This document shows, in pieces, positions 1-12,925 of a stretch of DNA of 64,000 nt. How positions within the stretch are numbered: the first letter of the stretch is position 1; each line of letters starts with the position of its first letter. Made by a program: the position numbers and the translations under genes. The notes under the pieces are model-generated. The model was not told the DNA's origin. It was given only the letters and a program-made list of their open reading frames with translations, and did no database searches. The stretch is from Octopus vulgaris. Taxonomy: Eukaryota. The stretch covers positions 117,800,001-117,864,000 of the forward strand of contig OX597815.1 in the NCBI GenBank assembly GCA_951406725.2, given 5' to 3'.

Positions 1-216
1 GCCGGTCCGTCGCAGATGGGCTGCAAGATGCAGGAGGAAAGAGTGAGAGAAAGTTGTGGCGGAAGAGTCAGCAGAAGTTCGCCATTACCTTATGCTGGAG
101 CCGCGTGGAGCTTAGGTGTTTCGCTCATAAACACACACATCGTCCGGTCTGAGATTCGAACCTGCGATCCCTCGACTGCGAGTCCACTGCTCTAACCACT
201 AGGCCATGTGCCTCCA
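1..216 (-). mobile_element. tRNA-derived SINE, family D (3' end runs off the window)
   Basis: Minus strand begins TGGAGGCACATGGCCTAGTGGTTAGAGCAG (A box) ... GGTTCGAATCTC (B box); collinear with the full copy at 31423-31717. Confidence 0.85.
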
Positions 217-262
217 CAAAGATATATATGTGTATGTGTTTGTGTGCATCACGCACGAACGC

Positions 263-301
263 GCACACACACACACATGCACACACACGCACACACACAC
301 A

Positions 302-362
<61 letters not shown>
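263..362. repeat. (CA)n microsatellite
   Basis: Directly visible; explains the ORF-track THTH/VCVC peptides. Confidence 0.97.
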
Positions 363-366
<4 letters not shown>

Positions 367-1482
367 AAATGTACAGTTTTATACAGGATGTAAATGCCAT
401 CGTGTCGTGAAAGAGAATGTTGGATTTCTGGTCATTAGGTCAAAGTCGACATCATTTATAACTTATTATTTTACAAGAAAAGTACGACTTTTAATTGCTA
501 CCGAAATAATTGATACTGAAAAGAATAATACAAGATTAACTTTTAACGTTAAGCCCAAATACAAACAGAATGATACACTGTAAAGACGGTTGCGATTTGA
601 AATGAAACATATAGGTGAACTACTTTTTTTTTTCTAACGTGCGCATCAACTTAAAGACGAGAGTTTTGGCAATGGTCCATGCACACTCAGTGAATGTTAA
701 ATTCCATGAAAAACTGACACACAATAATACTGCTTTTCTACATCTGACACATTATACAGTAATCTTAATCATTAATCCGATTCTTGTTTCGTGAAGACAA
801 AGAACGGGTAATTACACAATCAACAAACATGTAAGTATAGTGTAAAGTAAATAGTCACTAAGACACGTGCACGTGTTCTTCTACCTCCATATGCACTATC
901 ATATGTACATTTTGGCTTCTTGGGGATTATGTTCTTGCTCAGGTCACCATACGCATACATAAATTAATCAAATTCATACTTAAAATGAGATACATTCATA
1001 TATATATATATTTACACAAACATACATCAACTAGCTAAAAGTAAATAACGAAAATTACATTGACATCTATCAGTCAATGATCGTGTTAGTGTGAAATGGT
1101 GTTGAGTGACATTGGCACACATATCATGATATTAAGTGACGTCTACCTTACACCTGATAGCTCAGACATGCTTTTCTTCCTGAGTATACAGTGCAGGTAA
1201 CTGTACGCTGTTGAGACGGTAACAGTATAATTAACGCTACTTACAGCAGTTTAATGTTGTCATTGATTCAATCGAGTTGTTAGGTGGAGTCGGTTTGTTT
1301 TAACAAAGTCTGATTCTCGACATTCTAATGGTTTTAGCACATTCACCATTAATGTATGAATTTACATATGAATGTATATAACTTCAAGCGCATGTATGTA
1401 CGTGTGATTGTATACACACACACACACATATATAATACTCTCTCTATATATATATATATTATACACACACATACACACACAC

Positions 1483-1595
1483 TCTCTCTCTCTCTCTCTC
1501 TCTCTCTGCATATATGTATGCATGTATGTATGTATGTATGTATGTATGTATGTATGTATGTATGTATGTATGTATGTATGTATGTATGTATGTAT
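1483..1595. repeat. (CT)n plus (TATG)n compound microsatellite
   Basis: Directly visible. Confidence 0.95.
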
Positions 1596-1913
1596 AAAGA
1601 TTCACACTCTCTATAACTAATGTCTGTTTGTCTCAGATCATGAATGATCTGCATACATTAGTCTTCTCAGAAGATAAAACGCGTTTGTGTAACCAAACGA
1701 TACGCAAACATATTTTATCAGGTGTTGGATCTACTTATCAATATCTCTGATAGATGTCTACTCAGATATTGAAAGTTTTGTGTCTATATATGATTCAATC
1801 AAATCAAAAGGCTTTTTTTTTCTTATTGCTTTTAAAATGATTCAACAACGACTTCGAGTTAGGACGACAAATATACAGCTCCGAACGAGTGTTTAGAATA
1901 AAACCATTTCATA

Positions 1914-3192
1914 CAGGGTGCAGTGAATAAACTGTCGTCTAAATTACGCAAAAATGAAAATAACATTGACATTTCATTTTAACAGATATATTTACCGAAA
2001 TTACATAAAAATACCTTGAAATATTAGAATTAATTTATTCAGTAAAATCGCGATTGGCTTCAACCACGGCCTCCAGACGACTTCGGAAACTCCTGCAACT
2101 CTTCTGGACACTCTCTTTGTTTAAGTTGGTGAATACTGCCATAATCCTTGCCTTCAGTTCATCTTTGGTGTTACAAGGAGTTTCGTTGTCTCTAGTTCAA
2201 CTGCACCCCACACATAATAATGAAGGGAGTTGCAGTCTGGGGGGTTAGGTGGCCAGATGTTAGGGGTAATGTGGTCGCAGCAAGTGTCTGGGTTCTTCTA
2301 CTTGTGAGGCATGGTGCAGAGAGTTCTGCTACCAGACATAGGGTCTTCCAGCAGCCACCCTCTTGAACCAGGGTAGAACGACCTCCTCCAGGTACTTGAT
2401 GTAGGCCTCCGTACTGAATCTGAGGCCGTGTGGGAAGATGAATAGAGGCATAACGTCGCCATCACTTGTGATCACTCCAAACACCATGATGTTGACTGGA
2501 TGTGATTTTTATCACTTTCGGTACATGTTTTGGGGATACGACAAGCCAACGGTTGTTCTGTGTGTTCACCATCTGATCCTGGTAGAAGTTTTTCTCGTCT
2601 GAGAAAAATCAAAGCATGTTCGGTTGGAGGGGATATTTGAGTTTATTGAAAAACTTCGTAGCGCGGTCTTTCTTCTCCTTGGTGGCTTGGGATCAAAATT
2701 GGCCCTTTCTGATGTTGTATGAGGAATACCGAATGTTTTCATACACTACCTACCTGATAAGAAACTCAGTCACTCCCATGTCTCTGACAATGGACCTGAT
2801 TGACTTGGAGGGATCATTGTCAATCATGGCCTGGATCTCCCCAATAAATTCAGTTCTTTATTTATAACGATCAGAATGAGTTTTCCAACCTCCATACCTC
2901 CGTAATTACCATTAGACTCATCCAACTCTTTCTGAATCCTCTGCATTATCCTCAGATTGACACCCAAACACTCTGAAATGTTCGTATTGAAGCTTTCGGC
3001 GCGAATGCCAAGCAGTACAGCATGTCGCTTCCAAATTTCTCGCACAGTGAATTGTGCCATAGTGCTGTTTTTCTCACAGACGGTGCCCAACAGACCCTAC
3101 TACACTGTGAAGTCGACAAAATCAAAAAACAAACAATACGCATGCGTGAAATTAAAAATATAAAATAGCGACAATTTACCCATCGCACCCTA
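1914..3192 (-). mobile_element. Decayed Tc1/mariner-superfamily transposon, maT/DD37D-like, with pseudogenised transposase
   Basis: TA-flanked imperfect TIRs (CAGGGTGCAGTGAATAAACTGTCG vs rc of right end TAGGGTGCGATGGGTAAATTGTCG). Minus-strand motifs: HTH-like N-terminus (ORF 2824-3090), FFSDEKNFYQDQMVNTQNNRWL (~2545-2607), YVW*QNS/APC (~2310-2340), IWPPNPPDCNSLHYYVWG (~2207-2260); stops and frameshifts present. Confidence 0.88.
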
Positions 3193-4298
3193 TATATATG
3201 AATTTTCTCGGAAACACGAATATCACAGCCATTCTTACATCCATGCCATCTTCTAATATCTTCCAAAAATTAATACTTCAAATACTCTTATAACTGAATT
3301 GGAACCCACTACGTTTAAGTACACATCTTGTTCAATTCATAGAAATGCAATTTTAAAACCTGCTCCTGTTTTCTTTTTACTACTACCACAGTCTTGTTTT
3401 ATTTACTAAACAATAAAGTTTGAGGTGACTTAAATGCCTTATAAACTATTAAATTGAATGAGTAGAACAAAGCTCACTGTTGTAATAGTTTTACAAGAGC
3501 TGTGTTTAAGTAGGATGTCCCAGCATTGTGACAAAGGTCATTCATTTTCAGAGGAAGAGGAAATTGACAAAACAATTGAGTAAACTTTGTTATAAATATG
3601 ACACTATACGAATGACTTCCACATAAAGAACTCCATTATTAAGGTACTTATAGTGAGAATTTGTGAAGTGTGCGCAGACCGAGATCGTAAGCGCAATTCA
3701 GTTTTCACTACAGCTTGGCCACATTTAAATCACACGAACATACACACACAAAGATACAGTTAATATGATCATGACAAACCGAGACAAACTTTACATTCCA
3801 TCTCACAGGATTTGATTTATCGATCATGTTCCTTCACTAAAAATTTATGACCTCGAGCCATTGTGGTAGCTCAAGTTATTAATAGAGGGCACCATAGTAA
3901 GCATAATGTCTCCTAATGAGCCAAATCCCAGATCTAGCTTTCAATCCTAGCTTGAACCAGTTCTCTGCTTTTAAGTTGTTAATGCTCCAGGGAAAGAAAT
4001 GACGTTGCAATTTCCCACTTCCCTCAACTGAAAGGAAATGTCAAAATGTGCATTTATAAGAAATCATAATGTTTCAGTTGACCTCGGCATTCGAAGTCTT
4101 TTGGGGTGAAATATTGAATGACGAAGCAGAGTTTATGGATACTGAAACATTTATGAGTAAAAGAAAGCAAAAGGATTAGTATAAATTATATATTACGGAT
4201 GAACCAGGGAAGAAATATTTATATACATATACATACATACGACACCATTTTAAATTCAATATCCACTTCTTTAATGGCGGCTTCTGTGCATGCACACA

Positions 4299-4354
<56 letters not shown>

Positions 4355-4830
4355 TATGCACACTTATGTTAAACGTATGTATGTATTATTGCATAGATTT
4401 CAATTAGGAGATCGAAATCTATATAATCTCAACAAGAACTTAATGTTACTGAGTAAAGTAAGTTTTCTCTGAGGAGACGCGAGTCGTAACATGTGGCTAT
4501 GTTGTATGAAGACGATAAACACAGAGCATACGCCTACATACACACACATACGTAACACTACATTTCTTTAAGTACTATTATATTTGTATCTCTGCACCTT
4601 GCTCTTACAGACACACAGGAATACGCACAGACAGACACACAAGTCATCATCATCAGCATCCTCGTTTTACATATAACATCCACTATTTTAGTCATGGACG
4701 ATTAAACACTTTGTCATGAAATAGAGCATTTTGTATTAAAAACAGAACCAATATATTATTTAGTTTTCGAATAGTCAGTGGCAGGCGCCCACACACGTCA
4801 TGAGATCTATGACAAATTTGGAGCAATCAC

Positions 4831-4845
4831 AGTAGTAGTAGTAAC

Positions 4846-4900
<55 letters not shown>
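4831..4900. repeat. (AGT)n microsatellite
   Basis: Directly visible. Confidence 0.95.
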
Positions 4901-4903
<3 letters not shown>

Positions 4904-5549
4904 TGGGCGTGGAGGTAATAGTACGACATGCTTGTACTGAATGGTGGAGCTTGTAAAACAAAAACGAACGGCGTAAACAGGTTAAATAATTGTAAGATAC
5001 GCCCAAGCAGAGAACGAGAGTGAAAGAGAAGCAATTGTCTATCTATCTGTCTGTCTGTCTATCTATTTATCTATCTATCTATCTATAAATTTTATATATA
5101 TATGTATATATATTTAAACCATGAAACTACCGGAAGCGTGAAACTTACTAACAGCTACTACTATCTGGGAACCTTCAGTTTGTAATAAACTATATAAATC
5201 CCATTTCATGTTTTGAGTACTGTCCCACGGTTTGTGTATACAAACTTTCACCAATACATATAATTCAAGCCGTATCCGTATGTGTGTGCACAAGCGCGCA
5301 TCTATAGACACAAGTGCCATTGAAAAACACGTTTTAATTCGTACAAAACAAGAGAATCTTTTCGAAGGTGCGCCAGGAAATACTTAACGTTTTCCGTCCT
5401 ATAGTAATCGTTTATGAGATAGACTCGATACGAAATTGGGAGAAGAAAATTTATTACATACATAACTGTTGCGGTAAAGTCTCCAAATGAGAAAGACACC
5501 CAAACAGATTAACAATGGTATTTCCGGAGCAATAATTTCATTGGCAGCT

Positions 5550-5675
<126 letters not shown>

Positions 5676-6139
5676 TGGTCATAAAGAGAGAGCTAGATAC
5701 CAAAAAAAATGAAAAGAAAAAGGACTTCCAGCAGGGTTTGTTGATCTGTTTTTACGGTGAAGTCATGATACACGTAGAAACTCGTAAAGTAAAAAGACAG
5801 GGTTATTGGATTATATATATATATATATATATATATATGAATATATACTACGAATATATGTATATGTAAGTGTGTGAATGCATAAAAAGATAATATAAAC
5901 AGCTTTTGCCTGAGTTCAGAAAGTACGAGACATTCTTTTATGTTAATATCGATGTAGTGTAGGTATGAACATGTCTTTCTGGTAACATCAAAAGAAGAAA
6001 AAAACCTTAAAATGCTTTAAAGACAGCTATCATATACTGAAGATTAGTAAAGCAAGGTAGTTTTACTGTTCTTTTCTAGGGGAATGAAAACATTTCCAGG
6101 TTTCAACGTGGTTTTAGGAAATGCAGTTAAGAGTATTTG

Positions 6140-6320
6140 CAGCAGGACAAGATGTTTTGCGGCATATTTTCCGGTCCTTTGCTTTCTAAGATCAAATTCA
6201 GCTGAGCCGGCTTTGCCTTTCATCCTTTCAGTGTAGATAAAATAAGCACCAGTAGAGCACTAGGGTCGACTTCCCACCTCCCATCAAAAACACTGCTGGC
6301 CTTGTGCCAAGAGGAGAAAC
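6140..6320 (+). mobile_element. SINE family B (OK-like), diverged copy
   Basis: Shares CTTTGCCTTTCATCCTTTC...GATAAAATAAG.ACCAG core with other B copies. Confidence 0.7.
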
Positions 6321-6336
6321 ATTATTATGTGTATAA

Positions 6337-6489
6337 CAGGGCTGTGGAATCGGACTCGGGAGTCGTGGAGTGGTAGTCGGAGTCGGTAAAATAGACCACA
6401 ATCACTTAATTACGTGGTGGAGTCGGAGGCGCCAATAGTAGAGGAGTCGGAGTCAATTTTTTTTTTTTTGTTTCGACTCCCCAGCCCCG
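6337..6489. mobile_element. hAT-type MITE with GGAGTC subterminal repeats
   Basis: TIRs CAGGGCTGTGGAATCGGA / TTCGACTCCCCAGCCCCG; 8-bp TSD GTGTATAA (6329-6336) / CTGTATAA (6490-6497). Confidence 0.8.
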
Positions 6490-6539
6490 CTGTATAAGAT
6501 AACCAGTGTAGTCAGTGAACAAATAACTTAACACCTGCA

Positions 6540-6722
6540 GTTGTTGTGTTGTTGACGTAAGCCATTCATCAACCCTAGATTACTCACGATCAATCCTTGC
6601 AAGCTTTCTGTTCTAAGACTATGTTATCCAAAGTGTACCTCCTTTTTCAAAGAGGGTGGATGTGATTTAAGACAGATTTGGTTACTGCGTCGAGCGATTA
6701 TTCAAAGACTCCCTTGTTGGTC
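6540..6722 (-). repeat. Interspersed repeat family F, (AAC)n-tailed SINE-like tail
   Basis: GGATGTGATTTAAGACAGATTTGGTTACT block recurs, diverged, at ~17930-18080, 43437-43520, 44090-44245 and 48085-48275. Confidence 0.55.
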
Positions 6723-6892
6723 TATCTGTTTAGAAATTTAAATGCTTTGGTCATAAAACAAATAGCTCCAGTGACAAAATATGAACCACTGCAGTCTCAG
6801 CCCTAGAACTCATAAGACCGGCTGCCATGGCGTATAAGTGACCGAGATCACAACATTCCTCCTCAATGGGACGCCGGTCCGTTCAAGGCCAG

Positions 6893-7442
6893 GTATTTCA
6901 TTTTATCGACCCCGAACAAATAAAAGGCAAAGTTGACCTCCACAGGATTTGAACTCAGAACGTAAAGAGTCGGAAGAAATACCTATTTCTTTATTACCCA
7001 CAAGGGGCTAAACATAGAGGGGATAAACAAGGACAGACATAGGTATTAAGTCGATTATGTCGACCCCAGTGCGTAACTGGTACTTATTTAATCGACACCG
7101 AAAGGAAGAAAGGCAAAGTCAACCTCGGCGGAATTTGAACTCACAACGTAACGGCAGACGAAATACTTATTTCTTTACTACCCACAAGGGGCTAAACACA
7201 GAGGAGACAAACAAGGACAGACAAACAGATTAAGTCGATTATATCGACCCCAGTGTGTAACTGGTACTTATTTAATCGACCCTCGAAAGGAAGAAAGGCA
7301 AAGTCAACCTCGGCGGAATTTGAACTCACAACGTAACGGCAGACGAAATACCGCTAAGCATTTCACCCGGCGTGCTAGAGTCGGAAGAAATACCACTATG
7401 CATTTTCCCGACATGCTAATGAATCTGCCAGCACGCTGCCTT
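6893..7442 (-). mobile_element. Old SINE-B copy interrupted by a young SINE-B dimer (6984-7376)
   Basis: 18-bp TSD AGAGTCGGAAGAAATACC at 6966-6983 and 7377-7394; two ~185-bp tandem units inside. Confidence 0.88.
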
Positions 7443-9265
7443 AAAAGTTCAGCATCTTGGTTTATTATGATTTCATGCGTTTTTGGAAAACCTGAACGAG
7501 TTTCGATGGTACGAAAAGAAAATTTACTTTGAGAGAAAAATAAATAAGTCACAAAAGATTATTACTCTACTCTTTCTGATAGAATTCATTCATTATATAA
7601 AGTTACATTTTCCCTTTTGGGAGAGGATGCTAGTTTACTATATATAGTCTTTGGTGAAAACATGATACACTTGATACTTGCTACAAAAACTAGAGTTAAT
7701 CTGCTCTTGTGGTTTTTTGTATCCACAGCACAGAATAGTTTATATGGCATAACTATTGAAATTCATTCTTTTAAAGAATTATTTATTTAATGTTATAGTT
7801 AAATGTATTAGAAAAGCATGTCATCTTTCGCCAGTATTTATTTAATAATTTGACACACAAACATACATATATTGTAACCGTTGGTGGTTTGACCAGCACT
7901 GACTATATGTGTGTGTATTATATATATATATTATATAATTTATCATGTATATTACACAATTATACATTACATAATCTATTATATATCTGCATGTGTGCAT
8001 GTAAAAGACACTCCCATAGATTTTGAGATATGGAGATCCAAGAATTCAATTTTAAAAAATCATTTTTCCGCAGAAGATTACTAAGCTATTAGACTACCCA
8101 CACAGATGATGTGGTTACACTGATAAAGGCTAGTACAGGACCGGCCGCATGTTTTAGAGAGTCTAAGAGCAGAAAAATGGTACACGTTCGTACCATGACT
8201 TACCCAAATAACACTCCCCAGACATTATATAAGACTAATTATTTCCTAACGACATACTTTAACGAGAGTTAAAGGGTAGCCCCACTCCTTTGGATTGAAA
8301 ACGTGTTGACACCAAATGCATACATGCACGGACGGTTTTGTTGGTAAATGCCTTAGTGACAATCTAGAAAAGTTAGGGTTTTCAAAAAGGAAATCAACCA
8401 ACTAACGCGAACATTACAAATACAATCTGTAAGCAGAACAGTAAAAGTATGCAAGACTTTTCTCAATTTCAAAATGTGAATTTGCTTTGTTATTTACATT
8501 CCATCGATACAGCTTTGTATCTATCTTCGTTAGAAACAAGCTCCTTCCTTCAAGGAACTTTTCAAATAATTAAAAACAGATGAGAACATACGTACATATA
8601 CATACTGAAATGTGGCAAAATAATTTTTCTAACTTTAGTGTAGTAAATCCTATTTTTCTCGTTTTACTAATTCTTTGGAAACTGTAGTTAATCAAAGTCA
8701 AGTTACTTGTGTGTGTGTGCGATGGTGTTTGTGTATGCGATGACGTCTGTGTGTGCGATGGCGTATGTGTGTGTACGCGTTGGGTTATATATTGACAAAA
8801 TATATTACAACCATACACATATTTAATATAACTGGTTACGGAAACTATAACAAAACACACACGACTTATTAACTCAAATCTCTACGGAATTTTAAGTAAA
8901 ACAAGTGAAAAATATTTTACTACTTTTAGCATAAACAATCTCTTTTAAAAGATTTATGAAAGAAAAAATGCCTTTACTATGCCCAAAGTGATAAAAATAT
9001 TTTTGAAAATACTTCTACCGTTAAATGAGGAAAACAGACAATGAAGGAAGTAGGAAAATATTGAACGTCATCCTTAGCATCAAAGTTGCATACATCCAGA
9101 ACCAAACACAAACACACACACACACAAGGGCATGCGCAAAGAGATCAATACTCAGTATGAGCATCATGGACACCTGTTGTTGATTACTTTCAAAACAGGT
9201 AAAGTACAGCTCACACAGCAACCCATACACCTGCCCCAACATAATAAGCACACGCGCTTACATAT

Positions 9266-9333
9266 GCTTTGGTCCAATGGTAAAACATCTGTCATATCTA
9301 TAGGAGATGTAGGTTCGAGTCCCACTGGCAGCC
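9266..9333 (+). pseudogene. tRNA-like pseudogene or isolated SINE head
   Basis: A box TGGTCCAATGGTA, B box GGTTCGAGTCC, plausible T and anticodon arms, downstream TTTT; 5' acceptor strand is too short. Confidence 0.5.
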
Positions 9334-9668
9334 TTTGACCTTTTCTATTCAAAAGAGCTTTTTCAGCTCATTATTTACATGCTGCTGGTTATAACGTTAT
9401 GTGTTCCCATATTAACTATTCCAAAGAAGAATTATTTCACGTTCTCTATAAAATTCTTATGACGTCAAGAACGTGTGTGTATGTGTGTATATATATATAC
9501 ACACATGCACACTCATATCTGGATACAAGATACACCAAACAAGAGTAAAGATTCGTATTGCATGTAAATAAATAAGTGTTTATTTATTGGTTTTAAGCCG
9601 ATGATGATTCATTCGTCGCTACTCGGAGAATATCGCTTCTCGTAATCCTCCATATGACATCTCTTTTG

Positions 9669-10081
9669 GGATCTTTTCGGTTTGAACGGCAGTTTTTAAC
9701 ATAATTTCTAGGTAACTAAAAAATTTTAAACTTCGTATACTGGTAGAATGTGTTTATAAAACATCTTTTTCTCTTGGCTTTATTAAGAAATTCTATAGTT
9801 TGTAAGATATTTGTTGTTTTTTTTCTTCAATTTCTACCAATCGATGACGTCCATTGAGTTAAAAAACATTCTGTGCCGTATGAATATGTCCCTCGTTTAA
9901 GAAACAGATTGGGTTTATTTATATTTCTGAAGAAAAAAAGATACCCTTCCCCCACCCCTAACCCTAACTCTAACCCTAAAACAGATTGAAATGCAATAGA
10001 TCGATACTAGGGTCATAATTATGGGTGACAATTTCATATGACACCGCTAGACAAAAACTGCCGTTCAAACCGAAAAGATCC
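9669..10081. mobile_element. MITE with perfect 29-bp TIRs and 8-bp TSD (Merlin-like GG...CC termini)
   Basis: GGATCTTTTCGGTTTGAACGGCAGTTTTT / AAAAACTGCCGTTCAAACCGAAAAGATCC; CTCTTTTG duplicated at 9661-9668 and 10082-10089; internal CCCTAA repeats at 9956-9979. Confidence 0.9.
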
Positions 10082-10228
10082 CTCTTTTGTAGTCGTCTAA
10101 AGAAACTGTCTTCAGCTTCGAACGAATATCTATCTATCTATTTAACTGTCTATCTGTCTGTCTGTCTGTCTGTCAGTCAGTCTAACGTACATTCGAGCAT
10201 AAAGAGGAAGAGAGAGAGAGAGACAAAC

Positions 10229-10282
<54 letters not shown>

Positions 10283-10283
10283 T

Positions 10284-10340
<57 letters not shown>
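10229..10340. repeat. (GATA)n plus (GA)n microsatellite
   Basis: Directly visible; followed by a CT-rich low-complexity tract at ~10590-11230. Confidence 0.95.
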
Positions 10341-10345
<5 letters not shown>

Positions 10346-11774
10346 TGAATGTTTCTTAACAAAGGATCATTTGAAATGATCGAAAAACCGTTGTGTAGTA
10401 CTGCACTATGAATAAATTTACAGACAAATGTCTGTATTACAGATACCGGCGATAGAAATGGGGAGATAATAGGAACGAAATGCCTGACTTTCAACAAGTA
10501 AAGTAGGGCAACAGACGATTATTACCAGTGCAGACCGATTGAATGGCACATGTGACACACACATACACACACACACACAGTGCCTTTCAATTTCTGTCTC
10601 TCTGTCCTTCTCTCCTACCTCCTCTCTATTTCTCACTCCTCATTTCTCTTTTTCTCTCTCTCACTAGCTCTATTTCTCACAACCTCTCTCACTTGCTCAC
10701 ACAACCTTTCTCACTCTTTCTCTCTCACATACACATAACATCTCTCTCCCTCACTTTTTCTCTGTGACTCTCTTCCACACAATCTTTCGTTCACACTCTC
10801 CTTTTCTCTTTGGCTCAAACAAACGCATTTCTCCTCAATAACGCTCTCTATCTCCCTCTCTCACTCAAACACAATATTTTTTTCCTCACTCTCTTGCACA
10901 GCTCTTTTCTTTCTCTTCCCTTCCTCTTAAATAGTTTATTTTTTCTTTTTCTCTCCTCGTTCTCTCTGTGTCTGTTTGTGTCTTTCTCTCTCTCTCTCCC
11001 ACACACACACCAATTTTTTACAGTCTCTCCCTCATACGTATAGCTTCTTCTCTTCCTTCCCTCTTTCCTCTTCTCTCTCACTCTCATTATCGCTTCTATA
11101 TCTGTTGCTGTTACTTTCACTTATGTTGATTCAATTCTTTCAACCTATCCCTTGTCTGCCTGTCTGTCTGTTTGTCAGTCTCTTTCTCTCTCTCTCCTTC
11201 CCCCTCACACACACACACACACATTTTCTTCTCAAGTCAAAACTTGACATAGGAATTTCTCTTCAATTATTATTTGTTTTGCTGTTGGAGTGCACTCTCG
11301 AGAATTCCCTGAATTTCAATTTTCTTCCTTTCTTTCTTTCTACACACACATATGCGTGTTTGTGTATGTGTGTGTGTGTGTGTGTGTGTTGTGTATTGTA
11401 GGTACTATTTTCGTACAATTTAACAAAACAGTACAGCAAAGCAAATAGCAATACTAGCTGAAATGGTCACATAATTCTCTATGTTGTTGCCTAGGGACAG
11501 ACCTGATCAAAGGCGTCCCACCCATGACCTCTTGCGTTAAAAATATAGTATATATCATTATTAGAGGCGACTGCTCGTACATCAACCAGAACATGAATTG
11601 TTAAAAATCCCAGCCATATACCGAAATAAGGATACATAGAACATGTGTCTACTTGTTTTACTGGGGTCTCTCATTCATAAAAAAAGGGGGAAATTTATAT
11701 GAAAATCCAGTGTTTATTTGCATTTATTCAAACACATGCACATATACTCATATACAGGTATACATACATACACA

Positions 11775-11860
<86 letters not shown>

Positions 11861-12065
11861 CATACACATATATATATATATACGTTTAAATATTTGTTGT
11901 GCAAGATTTTTTATGTGAAGTCGTGTGTTGAAACAGATATTGTTATATTTCGGAATGGTCATATTGCCAGTTTAGCCAATAAAAACACACGCACTATATA
12001 TTTGGTGTTATTTTGCTTCAGTGATATTTATTTTTTACATTAATCTTAATCTTATTTCGGCCAAA

Positions 12066-12254
12066 TCGATTCTGTACCAACACGCCGAACAAGAACACGG
12101 GGGATCAATCAATAACATAGAGATTAAGATATTGTCCACACATAGAACAGATGCAACAATTAGACAAATTACAGAAGCTACACATATAATAGAAAATAAA
12201 CCTAGCCTGAATAGAAAACTAGAATGGAGCAATAGCGCACATCACAACATATGA
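12066..12254 (+). pseudogene. C-terminal fragment of a PLE GIY-YIG endonuclease
   Basis: SILYQHAEQEH...IKIL...RQITEATHIIENKPSLNRKLEW matches the H-x4-H / R-x3-EA-x2-I-x4-P-x-LN pattern typical of PLE endonuclease C-termini. Confidence 0.75.
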
Positions 12255-12732
12255 CAATAGTGGATCCTGCAAACATAATAAATACACAGGTAATTAAAGA
12301 AATAGAAATGAATATCTATATGTGTATATATGTGTGTATATATGCATATATATGTATATGTATATGTATATGTATGTATATATATGTATGTATATGTATA
12401 TTCTTTTTTTTTTTTTTTTTCGATTAGATTTATTATTATTATTACTAATATTGTTGTTATACATACATACAAGCATATGTAATGATAATAATGGGTGGAT
12501 GTAAACACATGAACAAAATTAGAACAAAAGCAACAACAACAAAAACAAAATACAAATTACAAGAATGTATATAACCAGAAGATACAAATATTACAGGCAT
12601 CCCCCCACACACACTAAATAAACATAGACGCACATAGAGATATAAGCATGCGCAAATGAAGACATACAATAGAAATACAAAATGGCTGACGGTTAGTAAG
12701 GAGAGACACAAGTAAGTGAGAAGAAAACAAAG

Positions 12733-12776
12733 GACCACTGATGCGGTCACAGGAGTGTGACGAAAGAACTTTGGCC
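12733..12776 (+). ncRNA. Minimal type I hammerhead-like motif (core variant)
   Basis: GACCA-CTGATGC-G-GTCAC[AGGAGT]GTGAC-GAAA-G[AA]C-TT^-TGGCC; A9 is replaced by C and stem I has one mismatch. Confidence 0.55.
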
Positions 12777-12894
12777 GAAATAAGATTAAGATTAATGTAA
12801 AAAATAAATATCACTGAAGCAAAATAACACCAAATATATAGTGCGTGTGTTTTTATTGGCTAAACTGGCAATATGACCATTCCGAAATATAACA

Positions 12895-12925
<31 letters not shown>

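Larger units (their letters stand above)
11937..12898 (+). mobile_element. Penelope-like retroelement remnant with an inverted pseudo-LTR segment
   Basis: Perfect 129-bp inverted repeat (11937-12065 / 12770-12898) enclosing a GIY-YIG C-terminal fragment and a hammerhead-like fold. Confidence 0.8.

Noticed and set aside
5149-5301. Open minus-strand segment between an AG and a GTAAGT donor
   Set aside because: Its phase does not follow the 13926 donor and the peptide has no recognisable motif
6984-7376. Regular direct repeats resembling a CRISPR array
   Set aside because: The units are whole ~185-bp SINE copies with no unique spacers; the context is eukaryotic and there are no cas genes
9956-9979. 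CCCTAA repeats as a chromosome end or fusion site
   Set aside because: Only four units, lying inside a TIR-bounded MITE
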